DNA from: an uncultured bacterium
Lineage (GTDB): Bacteria; Auribacterota; UBA3054; CAZCLS01
Direction of reading: 5' to 3'
Assembly (NCBI GenBank): GCA_964499565.1
Contig: CAZCLS010000005.1
Coordinates: 1-28,200 of the forward strand
DNA: 28,200 nucleotides
The position numbers and the translations under genes are program-made. Below the pieces are notes generated by a model that saw only the letters and a list, made by a program, of their open reading frames with translations, was not told where the DNA came from and did no database searches. Shown one piece after another: positions 16,900 through 26,000 of the stretch (position 1 is its first letter; each line of letters begins with the position of its first letter).

Positions 16900-19320
16900 A
16901 TGTATGCGGATAAAGACATTATGAAAAAGTTGCCTCGAGAAACCATCCTGTTTGACTTTGGCTGGCGATTTCAACGCGGAACCACACACAATGGAAAGTC
17001 GGTTGCACTACCCGATCACGAATGGGGCCGTATAGATCTGCCCCATGACTGGAGTATTGAGGACCTGCCTGTTCCACAACGGCTTACGAAAGGCCGCGTA
17101 ATTAGCGGGCCATTCGATTCCGCGGCACCAGGCGGAAATTCGACCGGCTTTGCCGCGGGAGGTACCGCGTGGTATCGCAAACATTTCTCAGTCCCGAAAG
17201 CCTGGAAGAAAAAACGGTTACTCCTGACCTTCGACGGAGTCTATATGGATGCCGATGTCTGGCTCAATGGCGTTCACCTGGGAAACCATCCTTACGGGTA
17301 TACTGCGTTCAATTTCGACATTACCGACCATGTAAAACCTGGGTCCCGTGAAGACAATGTTGTGGCCGTTCATGTCAAAAACACCGGCAGGAACAGCCGC
17401 TGGTATTCGGGCTCCGGTATCTATCGGCATGTGTGGTTGACCGTAACCAATCCAATCCATGTTGCACACCAGGGTGTGTTCGTCACTACCCCGGTCGTAA
17501 CCGCAGAAGAAGCGCGGGTCCGGATCGAGACTACTGTCGAAAATACTAGTTCCTCGAATGAAACAGTACGTCTGGAGACCAGGATCCTTTCACCGAACGG
17601 CTCCTGCGCCGCCGAGCATCAGACCGAATTTGTCTGTGACACGCAGAACCCTTACCGGTCGGTGGAAATTCTGAACGTGAACCATCCGGAACGTTGGTCG
17701 GCGGATTCGCCGAACCTTTACCGTGTCGTCAGTACGCTTAAGATGGGTGACCGTATACTGGATCAAACCGAAACAATCTTCGGTATTCGTTCCCTGGCAT
17801 TCAGCGCCGAAAAGGGTTTTCTGCTGAACGGTATACCGACACTGCTGAAAGGCGGCTGCATGCATCACGACAACGGGCTGCTGGGTGCCGCGGCGTTCGA
17901 CCGGGCTGAAGAACGGCGGGTGGCTATCATGAAAGCCAACGGCTTCAATGCTGTTCGCTGCGCGCACAATCCCCCGTCAACAGCCTTCCTGGACGCCTGT
18001 GACCGCCTGGGTATGCTGGTGATCGATGAGTCTTTTGATCAATGGAACGTCTGCAAGCGAAAGGATGACTATCACCGCTACTTTACCGAATGGTGGCGCC
18101 GGGATACGGAAAGCATGGTCGTACGCGATCGCAATCATCCCTCGATTATCATGTGGAGCATCGGCAATGAGATCATAGAGCGAGAGTCCGCTCAGGGAGC
18201 CCGCTGTGCCCGAATGCAGGCCGATTATGTGCGCAGCCTGGATCCGACTCGTCCGGTAACCTCGGCCTTAAACAATATCAACAACGGAATGGATCCCTAC
18301 TGTTCAGCGCTGGATGTGGTTGGATATAATTACGGCTATCTACGCTATCACCCGGACCACCAGCGTCTGGATCAGCGTATCATGTGCGGAACAGAATCCT
18401 ACCCCAAAACCGCGTTGAAATGCTGGAAGCTGGTTGAACAGTGTCCCTGGGTAATCGGTGATTTCGTCTGGACCGGCTATGACTACCTGGGCGAGGCATC
18501 GATCGGCTGGCTTGGATTCGGCGACTATAATTACTGGCCTTGGACCGCTGCCTGGTGCGGCGACATCGATATCTGCGGCTTCAAGCGGCCTCAGTCGTAC
18601 TACCGGGATCTTGTCTGGAAAAACGGCCGCGAACTGGCGCTGTTCGTTCAGGCCCCCAAACCAACGTTACACCCCCCCGTGCCCCTCAACAAGGATTGGT
18701 GGGACAATTGGTCCTGGCCTGATGAACACGCCAGCTGGAACTGGCCGGGGTACGAGTGGCAAGAACTGACTGTCCGGGTCTACTCTATTTTCGATACCGT
18801 AACCCTGAAGTTTAACGGTAACAATTTAAGAACCCGCCGGATTACACCTGAAGACGATTTCATTGCCGAATTCTCCGTGCCTTATCAGCCCGGGGAACTG
18901 ACGGCTGTGGCCTGGCAGGGTAAAAGTAAAATGGCCGAAGAATCCCTGGTCACTACGGGATCTCCAGCCCGGATTCGTTTAAAGACCGATCGAAAAGAGC
19001 TCTCAGCTGATGGCCAGGATCTGGCCTTCGTAACGATAGAGATCGTTGACGCACAAGGCCGACGAGTTCCCGATGCACAGTCCCACGTGCATGTTTCCGT
19101 TGCGGGAGCCGGTTCATTAGCGGCCCTGGGCAGTGCCAAACCGGATTCGGTCGAGAGTTTCAAAGGGCCGGAACGCACGATGTTTCACGGCCACGGCCTT
19201 GCCGTCATTCGAGCCGCTCGAAAATCCGGCCGGATAACATTAACTGTTGCGGCGGAAGGCTTGAAAACCGCGAAACTTCAGTTGCGCTCACGAACGGGAC
19301 AACCAGGTGAAAAGAAGTGA
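16900..19320 (+). CDS. Glycoside hydrolase family 2 (beta-galactosidase-like) with C-terminal Ig-like domains
   Basis: LPHDWSIE, FDGVYM, SRWYSGSGIYR, GGCMHHDNG, NAVRCAHNP, RNHPSIIMWSIGNE (acid/base E ~18169), GTESY (nucleophile E ~18394), WTGYDYLGE. Start set at ATG 16900 (AGGGGAG at 16884-16890); 16921 is an alternative. Confidence 0.92.
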   Translation: MYADKDIMKKLPRETILFDFGWRFQRGTTHNGKSVALPDHEWGRIDLPHDWSIEDLPVPQRLTKGRVISGPFDSAAPGGNSTGFAAGGTAWYRKHFSVPKAWKKKRLLLTFDGVYMDADVWLNGVHLGNHPYGYTAFNFDITDHVKPGSREDNVVAVHVKNTGRNSRWYSGSGIYRHVWLTVTNPIHVAHQGVFVTTPVVTAEEARVRIETTVENTSSSNETVRLETRILSPNGSCAAEHQTEFVCDTQNPYRSVEILNVNHPERWSADSPNLYRVVSTLKMGDRILDQTETIFGIRSLAFSAEKGFLLNGIPTLLKGGCMHHDNGLLGAAAFDRAEERRVAIMKANGFNAVRCAHNPPSTAFLDACDRLGMLVIDESFDQWNVCKRKDDYHRYFTEWWRRDTESMVVRDRNHPSIIMWSIGNEIIERESAQGARCARMQADYVRSLDPTRPVTSALNNINNGMDPYCSALDVVGYNYGYLRYHPDHQRLDQRIMCGTESYPKTALKCWKLVEQCPWVIGDFVWTGYDYLGEASIGWLGFGDYNYWPWTAAWCGDIDICGFKRPQSYYRDLVWKNGRELALFVQAPKPTLHPPVPLNKDWWDNWSWPDEHASWNWPGYEWQELTVRVYSIFDTVTLKFNGNNLRTRRITPEDDFIAEFSVPYQPGELTAVAWQGKSKMAEESLVTTGSPARIRLKTDRKELSADGQDLAFVTIEIVDAQGRRVPDAQSHVHVSVAGAGSLAALGSAKPDSVESFKGPERTMFHGHGLAVIRAARKSGRITLTVAAEGLKTAKLQLRSRTGQPGEKK

Positions 19321-19322
19321 AT

Positions 19323-20255
19323 ATGCCAATTACTGAATATGTGAATCGGTTAATCGCGGCTCCGCTCACCGGATATCATCCGGATGGCTCGGTGAACCTG
19401 CTGGTGGTGCCCCGGTATACGGAAATGCTCTATGCCAATGGCGTCGCAGGCGCGTTCGTTAACGGGACTACCGGCGAAGGTATGTCTCTGACAGTCAAAG
19501 AGCGCTGCGACCTGGCTGAACGTTGGGTCGCCGCAGCCCCGGACGGCTTCAAGATTATCATTCACGTGGGTCATACATGCCAGGCCGAGAGCCAGGCAAT
19601 GACCGCTCATGCCATGCAAATCGGCGCACATGCCATAGCGGAAATCGGTCCCGTATTCTTCAGGCCTGCTACGGTTGGCGCATTGGTCGATTACTGCGCC
19701 GTCACTGCCGCCTCAGCTCCCGAATTGCCATACTATTATTACCACATGCCCTCAATGAACCAGGTTCAGTTCCCGATGATTGAATTCCTTAAGGGAGCAT
19801 CTTCCGCCATGCCAAACCTGGCTGGTATCAAGTACACGTTTGAAGACCTGGCCGACTACGAACGCTGCCGAACATTTGGAGACGGAAAATACGATATTCT
19901 TTTCGGCCGTGATGAAATCCTTCTCGATGCTCTTAAACTCGGTGCTCAGGGCGCAGTGGGTAGTACCTATAACGCCTTTGCAGCACTCTACCATCAGTTG
20001 ATTAAAGCCTTTCATGCCGGTAACAGTGATGAGGCCCGTCGCCTGCAGGCCATATCGGCAAATATCTGCCGGTTGCTTAGTGCTACCGGCGGATTCGGCT
20101 CCGCCTTGAAGTCTGCCATGAATATGATCGGCCTGGACCTGGGCACAATGCGCCGGCCGCAGTTGAACATTTCACATGATGCCGCAAAGCAGCTTGAAAC
20201 GTCTCTCCGTCAAATCGGTGCGCTCGAATTTTTGAATCAATTACCGCATTCATAG
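19323..20255 (+). CDS. nanA: N-acetylneuraminate lyase-like aldolase (DHDPS/NanA family)
   Basis: NGTTGEG (from 19461), YYYHMP, and GIKYT with the Schiff-base Lys at 19830-19832; FGRDE. It resembles Bacteroidota-type NanA as I recall it and lies next to a NanM-SSS gene. Start is ATG 19323 or the overlapping GTG 19317. Confidence 0.75.
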   Translation: MPITEYVNRLIAAPLTGYHPDGSVNLLVVPRYTEMLYANGVAGAFVNGTTGEGMSLTVKERCDLAERWVAAAPDGFKIIIHVGHTCQAESQAMTAHAMQIGAHAIAEIGPVFFRPATVGALVDYCAVTAASAPELPYYYYHMPSMNQVQFPMIEFLKGASSAMPNLAGIKYTFEDLADYERCRTFGDGKYDILFGRDEILLDALKLGAQGAVGSTYNAFAALYHQLIKAFHAGNSDEARRLQAISANICRLLSATGGFGSALKSAMNMIGLDLGTMRRPQLNISHDAAKQLETSLRQIGALEFLNQLPHS

Positions 20256-20258
20256 AAT

Positions 20259-23000
20259 ATGAAAAATATAATCATACTTCTAATCACACTTCTCCTTCTG
20301 GCAAGCCCGAATGTGTTTGCTCAACTCGTCTGGAGCGAAGCGCCGGAGATCCCTCCCGCACCCGGCAAAACAAACCAGCCGGGCCTGGCCGGCGCTTTCT
20401 CCGGTGTACATAATAACGCATTGATCGTCGCCGGCGGCGCCAATTTTCCTGATGGCTTGCCGTGGTCTACTTTGCCTGACGGTTCCAGCCCGAAGAAAAT
20501 CTACAACCGTGATATCTACGTGCTGCTTAAAAATGACACCGGGTTCGTTTGGAATATCGCCGATGTAAAGCTGCCCGCTGGTTACAGCTACGGTGTCTCG
20601 ATACCGACTGACGCCGGCCTGCTGTGTATCGGCGGCGAGTGGCGCGAATACGATAACGGTAAAGCCCATACGTTCAAATCTGACAAGGTATTTCTTATCA
20701 AGCACCTTGGGCAGGGTCTCATCGAAATCGATCTCACCAACATGCCCCCGCTTCCGAAGGCGGTCTCTGCCATGGCCGGCGCGAAAGTCGGTGATGCGAT
20801 CTTCGTTGCCGGTGGAAATGACGGCAGCGGTGAAACCACGTTCTTCTGGAAACAGGACCTTTCCAAAAAAGACAGGCCCGATGCGTTCAAATGGGAAGCT
20901 CTTGCTCCCTGGCCGGGCCCGCCACGCTCGCATCTTGTTGCCGCTGCCCAGAACGATGGAAAAAACGACTGCTTCTACATCTTCAGCGGCCGGTACAATG
21001 ATCCCGATACGGGTTGGATGTTTCTCACAGACAGTTATAAGTATAATCCCCAGTCCGACACGTGGACAAAGCTGGCTGATGTCGGAACAAACCTGTCCGA
21101 TAAAAAACCAGTCTGTATTATGGCCGCAACAGCTGTCAAGCTGGGCTCTCATCATATCGCACTATTCGGCGGCGCGCCGGGCGACCGCTTCCTCACAGTT
21201 GAGCAGGAACTGCCTAAAGAGATCAAAGCTCTTCAGGATGCGGGCAAAACGGACGAAGCCGAAACACTCACAGCAAAAAAATGGGAACTCTATGCCAACC
21301 ATCCCGGGTTCAGCCGGAATATTCTGGTTTACCATACCATTACCGATACCTGGACGGTCATGGGCAAGGTGCCGGAATCGGTTGTGGGCGGATTGCCCGT
21401 CGGTTCTCATGTGACAGCAACAGCTGTGCAGTGGGATGATGATATTGTCATCCCCAGCGGTGAAGTGCGGCCCGGCGTACGCTCACCCAAAGTCTGGGTG
21501 GCAACGCCTGTGCACAGAAGTGGTTTTGGCATGAGTAACTATATCGTCCTGGGCATGTACCTGGCCATCCTGATCGCAATCGGATTCTACTTCTCAAAAA
21601 GGGAGAGCAGTACCGACGATTTCTTCAAAGCCGGCGGCAGAATCCCCTGGTGGGCGGCCGGCCTGAGTATCTTCGGTACCCAGCTCAGTGCCATTACCTT
21701 CATGGCGATCCCCGCTAAAAGTTTTGCCACCGACTGGACCTGGTTCATATTGAATATGACGATCATCCTTGTCGCGCCCCTGATTGTTTTTCTTTTCCTT
21801 CCATTCTATAGAAGATTGAACGTTACAACGGCGTACGAGTATATTGAAAAACGGTTCAATGTCGTCGTGCGCCTGGTCGCCAGCTTCATGTTTATTCTGT
21901 TCCAGTTTGCCCGCATAGGCATCGTGCTCTTCCTCCCGTCTATTGCCCTTTCAGTTGTTACTGGTATCGATATCAGGATCTGTATCGCCGTGATGGGCCT
22001 GCTCTCTATCGCCTACACCACGATGGGCGGCATTGAGGCAGTCATCTGGACCGACGTTATCCAGGTCGCCGTCCTGCTGAGCGGCGCCATCCTGGTGCTC
22101 TTCCTGATCGCCAATTCTGTCGAAGGCGGCTTCGGCGGTATTGTACACATCGCATCAGATTCAGAGAAACTGCGCTTGTTCAATTTTCATTTCAGCCTCA
22201 AAAGTCCCACCCTGTGGGTGCTGGTCCTTGGCGGTGTGGGTGCCAATATCATCTCGTATGGCAGTGACCAGGCGGTCATTCAACGCTACCTGACTACTAA
22301 AGATGAAAAAGACGCCGCCCGGGGGATTTGGACTAACGCCGTGCTAACCATTCCTGCCAGTATCATCTTCTTCGGCCTCGGTACCGCCCTCTTCGCTTTC
22401 TTTAAGTCATACCCCGAAACTCTCAGCGCAACGATGGGAAAGACCGATGCCATCTTCCCCTGGTTCATTGTCACTCAACTGCCGGCCGGTGTCGCGGGTC
22501 TTCTGATTGCCGGTGTGTTCGCCGCGGCCATGTCGAGCCTCGACAGCAGTATGAACAGCGTCGCTACTGCTTTTACTACTGATTTCTTCAGACGCTTCTC
22601 TCCTTCAGTTGAAGACCGTACATGCCTGTCCGTTGCCAGGTGGTCTACCATCATCATCGGACTCTGCGGTATCGCCATTGCCCTCGCTATGGCTACCTGG
22701 AACATCAACTCCCTCTGGGAAGAATTCTCCAAATATATCGGCCTCTTCGGCGGCGGATTGGGCGGCCTTTTCATTCTCGCTATCTTCACTCGCAGGGCCA
22801 ATTGGCAGGGAGCTATGATCGGTTTGATCGCCAGCGCTGCAATCCAGTTTTTCCTGAAAACTAACAACACAGTCCACGGCGTCCTCTTTGCCGCTACGGG
22901 CATGATCTCCTGTTTCGTTATCGGTTATCTCGCAAGCCTGGTTATACCGGGTAAAAATAAAAATCTACATGGTTTAACTCTGTTTACACTTACAAAATAA
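20259..23000 (+). CDS. Fusion of a NanM-like Kelch mutarotase domain (N-terminal, exported) and a SiaT-like sodium:solute symporter (C-terminal)
   Basis: Signal peptide ending in VFA. Kelch/NanM motifs: GLAGAFSG, VAGGANFP, YGVS, IPSGEVRPGVRSP (~20325-21510). SSS motifs: DDFFKAGGRIPWWAAGLSIFGTQLSAITFMAIPAK, GGIEAVIWTDVIQ, DQAVIQRYLT, FAAAMSSLDSSMNS (~21520-23000). The frame is continuous with no stop. Confidence 0.88.
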   Translation: MKNIIILLITLLLLASPNVFAQLVWSEAPEIPPAPGKTNQPGLAGAFSGVHNNALIVAGGANFPDGLPWSTLPDGSSPKKIYNRDIYVLLKNDTGFVWNIADVKLPAGYSYGVSIPTDAGLLCIGGEWREYDNGKAHTFKSDKVFLIKHLGQGLIEIDLTNMPPLPKAVSAMAGAKVGDAIFVAGGNDGSGETTFFWKQDLSKKDRPDAFKWEALAPWPGPPRSHLVAAAQNDGKNDCFYIFSGRYNDPDTGWMFLTDSYKYNPQSDTWTKLADVGTNLSDKKPVCIMAATAVKLGSHHIALFGGAPGDRFLTVEQELPKEIKALQDAGKTDEAETLTAKKWELYANHPGFSRNILVYHTITDTWTVMGKVPESVVGGLPVGSHVTATAVQWDDDIVIPSGEVRPGVRSPKVWVATPVHRSGFGMSNYIVLGMYLAILIAIGFYFSKRESSTDDFFKAGGRIPWWAAGLSIFGTQLSAITFMAIPAKSFATDWTWFILNMTIILVAPLIVFLFLPFYRRLNVTTAYEYIEKRFNVVVRLVASFMFILFQFARIGIVLFLPSIALSVVTGIDIRICIAVMGLLSIAYTTMGGIEAVIWTDVIQVAVLLSGAILVLFLIANSVEGGFGGIVHIASDSEKLRLFNFHFSLKSPTLWVLVLGGVGANIISYGSDQAVIQRYLTTKDEKDAARGIWTNAVLTIPASIIFFGLGTALFAFFKSYPETLSATMGKTDAIFPWFIVTQLPAGVAGLLIAGVFAAAMSSLDSSMNSVATAFTTDFFRRFSPSVEDRTCLSVARWSTIIIGLCGIAIALAMATWNINSLWEEFSKYIGLFGGGLGGLFILAIFTRRANWQGAMIGLIASAAIQFFLKTNNTVHGVLFAATGMISCFVIGYLASLVIPGKNKNLHGLTLFTLTK

Positions 23001-23031
23001 TATCGTAATTATACCTGAATAATCCGCACTT

Positions 23032-23036
23032 AGGAG
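23032..23036 (+). promoter_or_regulatory. Shine-Dalgarno site for the 23046 gene
   Basis: AGGAG lies 9 nt upstream of the ATG at 23046, inside an AT-rich spacer. Confidence 0.6.
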
Positions 23037-23045
23037 TATAGCCTA

Positions 23046-26000
23046 ATGAACATTCCGATTTTTTGCGGCTTGCTGACAATTCTGATCGGCACGACTAGTG
23101 TGCAGTCGTATGATTTCTTCGACCTTTCACGTTATCCTGAGGGTGGAAAACTTAAACCGGGTGTCGAACTGTATTCCGTAAAGAAAGCAGGCGGGGCGCC
23201 CGAGAAGTATGTCCGCCGGGTAGTGCACTGGTGGCCTCGTAAGGGCGTCGATTTCGTTGACATCGAGACGGGAATGATCCCGCGCGAGTGGACCCTGAAG
23301 CCCGGCATATTCGACGACGGGCAACCCCCGCCGCTTCACCTTGATTGGAAAACATTCGAACACGACAAACTGGATATGCCGGTCGACGTCGGCGACAAGT
23401 ATATCAGGCAGATCCAGGGTTATCTGCATCCACCGAAAGACGGCGATTATATCTTCAAGATTGCTGCCGACGATATGGGTGTTTTCTTTCTCAGTACCAA
23501 TGATTCTCCTGACAACATCAGGCTGGTCTGTTATTCCCGGGCAAGTTCGCCCCGTAATAATTTCACCCGGTACGATGGACAGATTTCCGTGCCGGTCCCG
23601 CTCAAGAAAGGCCGCACGTATTATTATGAGGTTCTGCAGAAGGACGAAGGCTCAAGCGATAATGCCATGGTAGTGTGGGAGACCGCCGGATTGGAAGAGG
23701 AGGTTATAGGCGGTTCGGCCATATCCACCCTGGAGGGTGTGCCCGGGATAGTCATCGAGCGACGGGCGTCTCTGCTCCAGGATGTGAACACCGGCATTCG
23801 CCCCAGGCGCGAGCCACAATCATTCAAGGCGCACCTGATCGGATTTGACGGCATAGGCAACGCCATCGGCGACCCGTTCGCCGGAGAGGATTTCTTCGAA
23901 CCGAGTGTGATCCTTCGCATGGCGGACGGCAGGAAGAGGGTTTTCAGGTCCAAGAGCTTCTGCCAGGCTGATCGTGAATTCATCCTCGATATCTACCTTA
24001 AGGAAATGAAGCGCATCCAGGGCACTCTGGACAAGACGGTCTACGGAATCAAGCCGCAGACTCTCAAAGAGTATCCCGGCGGCACACCGATCGGTGAGCC
24101 GGGATCGCTCCTGCTGCAGTCGGACCACTTTGCTGTACCCTCTGGAAGCCAGGCCTCCGGTCCCAATGACCGTTGGCTCAATCCCGAAAAGCCGGAGATC
24201 GCTGCCCGTTGCCGGGAAAGTGTCTTCACCATGTTCGAACACATGCACGCCTACCTGGAATACGGCGGTCATCTGATGCCTTACTGGGACCGCCCCGAGC
24301 AGTACAAATACGAGGTTCATGTGGGCGGTACGATCCTCAATGGACATATATCAAAAGGCGGTGGCGCTGGGGGCGGCTACGGTGCTCAGGGCATGGGCTG
24401 GCTGGGCGCGAATCCCGGCGGGTTCGGTCACGAATATGGCCATGGCATGTCGATCCAGTGGCGCGTGGGCAATGGCGAAATTCTAGCCCAGTCTATGATG
24501 GAACTTACCGATAACCGCTGCACCTCGTATGATCATAACATCAATGTACCGTGGCGCAACTGCGTGCATGCCGAGTATAACGCCTGTCTGTTCTACAGGG
24601 GGATCGGCTACGACCCCAACTGGGGGCTGCTCGCGGTTACCGCCATGCCGGCCTCGGCCGAGGAACCCAGCATCTTCCAGACTCTGGCGCGCCTTGGCCA
24701 ACAGCGCGGCATGTTTAAAGACGGTATCCGCGGAATGGGCGATATGGTGGGTGACTACAGCGCGCGTCTGCCGGAATTAGACACGCCAAACCAGGAACCT
24801 GTACGCAAAGCCTATTTCGCAGCCGCGCGTAACTACCTTGAGGCAATCGATCCGGCCAGGGGCGTCTACAGGATTCCCTGGGATGAAGCGCCCGAACCTT
24901 TCGGCGCTAACATTATCCGGCTTGTGCCGGAAGAGGGCGGGAAGACGATTGAAGTCGATTTCCAGGGGTATCATGATCCTGCGGTCTACAGCGACTGGCG
25001 TGCCTGTATCGTGGCGGTGGATCATGAAGGTAATGCGCGCTACAGTGATCTGTGGAATAAGGGCCGCATGACAATGGTACGCCGGGAAGGTGATCGGCGT
25101 TATTGGCTGACCGTGGCGGCTACACCGAGTGCGCTGCTGTATCCATGCGACATGACAGTGTACCAGGGCATCTATGCTCCCCGTTACCCATGGCAGGTGA
25201 CACTTCGCGGCGCCGTGCCGGGTATGCCGCATCGGCAGCGTTTAGACCTGGATGATGTCCACGCGGCTTATGGCACCTTCTTGTTGAGCGGACTGGTTCC
25301 GGTCATTCCAAACACAGAAGCGGGCAAACAGTTCCTGGCGGATACACAGTCTTTTGTGGACGAGTTGCGCCAGCGCCTCGGTCAGGCAACCCTCCCGGAA
25401 AAACTCGCGTACGGGCGGTTGATCAGACCCGCTGCGGCCGCCGTCGCGGCCATGCAAGGCGCCCCGCACCCCAATGGCGGCGGCTGGGTGGCCGCCAGTG
25501 CCGAAGCGGCGCTGACCGCCTATGTCGGACCGCAGGCTATGGTGTTGGATAATGCCAAAGTGCTGGATCATGCTATTATTGAAGATTTCGCGGTCATCAA
25601 AGACCGTGCGGTCATATCAGGGAATGCCCGCATCAATGGTCAGGCTGTGATATCCGCAGACACTCGGCTGACTGGATATCAGCGTGCCTGGATGCCGCTG
25701 CAGCTCACAGCCGACACGGAAGCGCCGGAACTCACAACACGCCGGATGGAAAACCTGGACGAGAACGGCCTCTGGGCCAACTACGCCATGGACCAGCCTG
25801 AAGCCGTTATGCTCGAGGATTGGTATCGTCAGCATGACGGCGCCAGCTTCCGCGAGTTCTTTTGCAGCCTTATGAACGGGTATCTGTATGGGCGGCCCGA
25901 TTTCGTCACCGAAGGCTCCAACGCAGGATTTGCTTTTGACGGCAAGACCCAGTACGCGGAACTCAACCGCCACATCGCGGATCTATCTCAGATTACTGTG

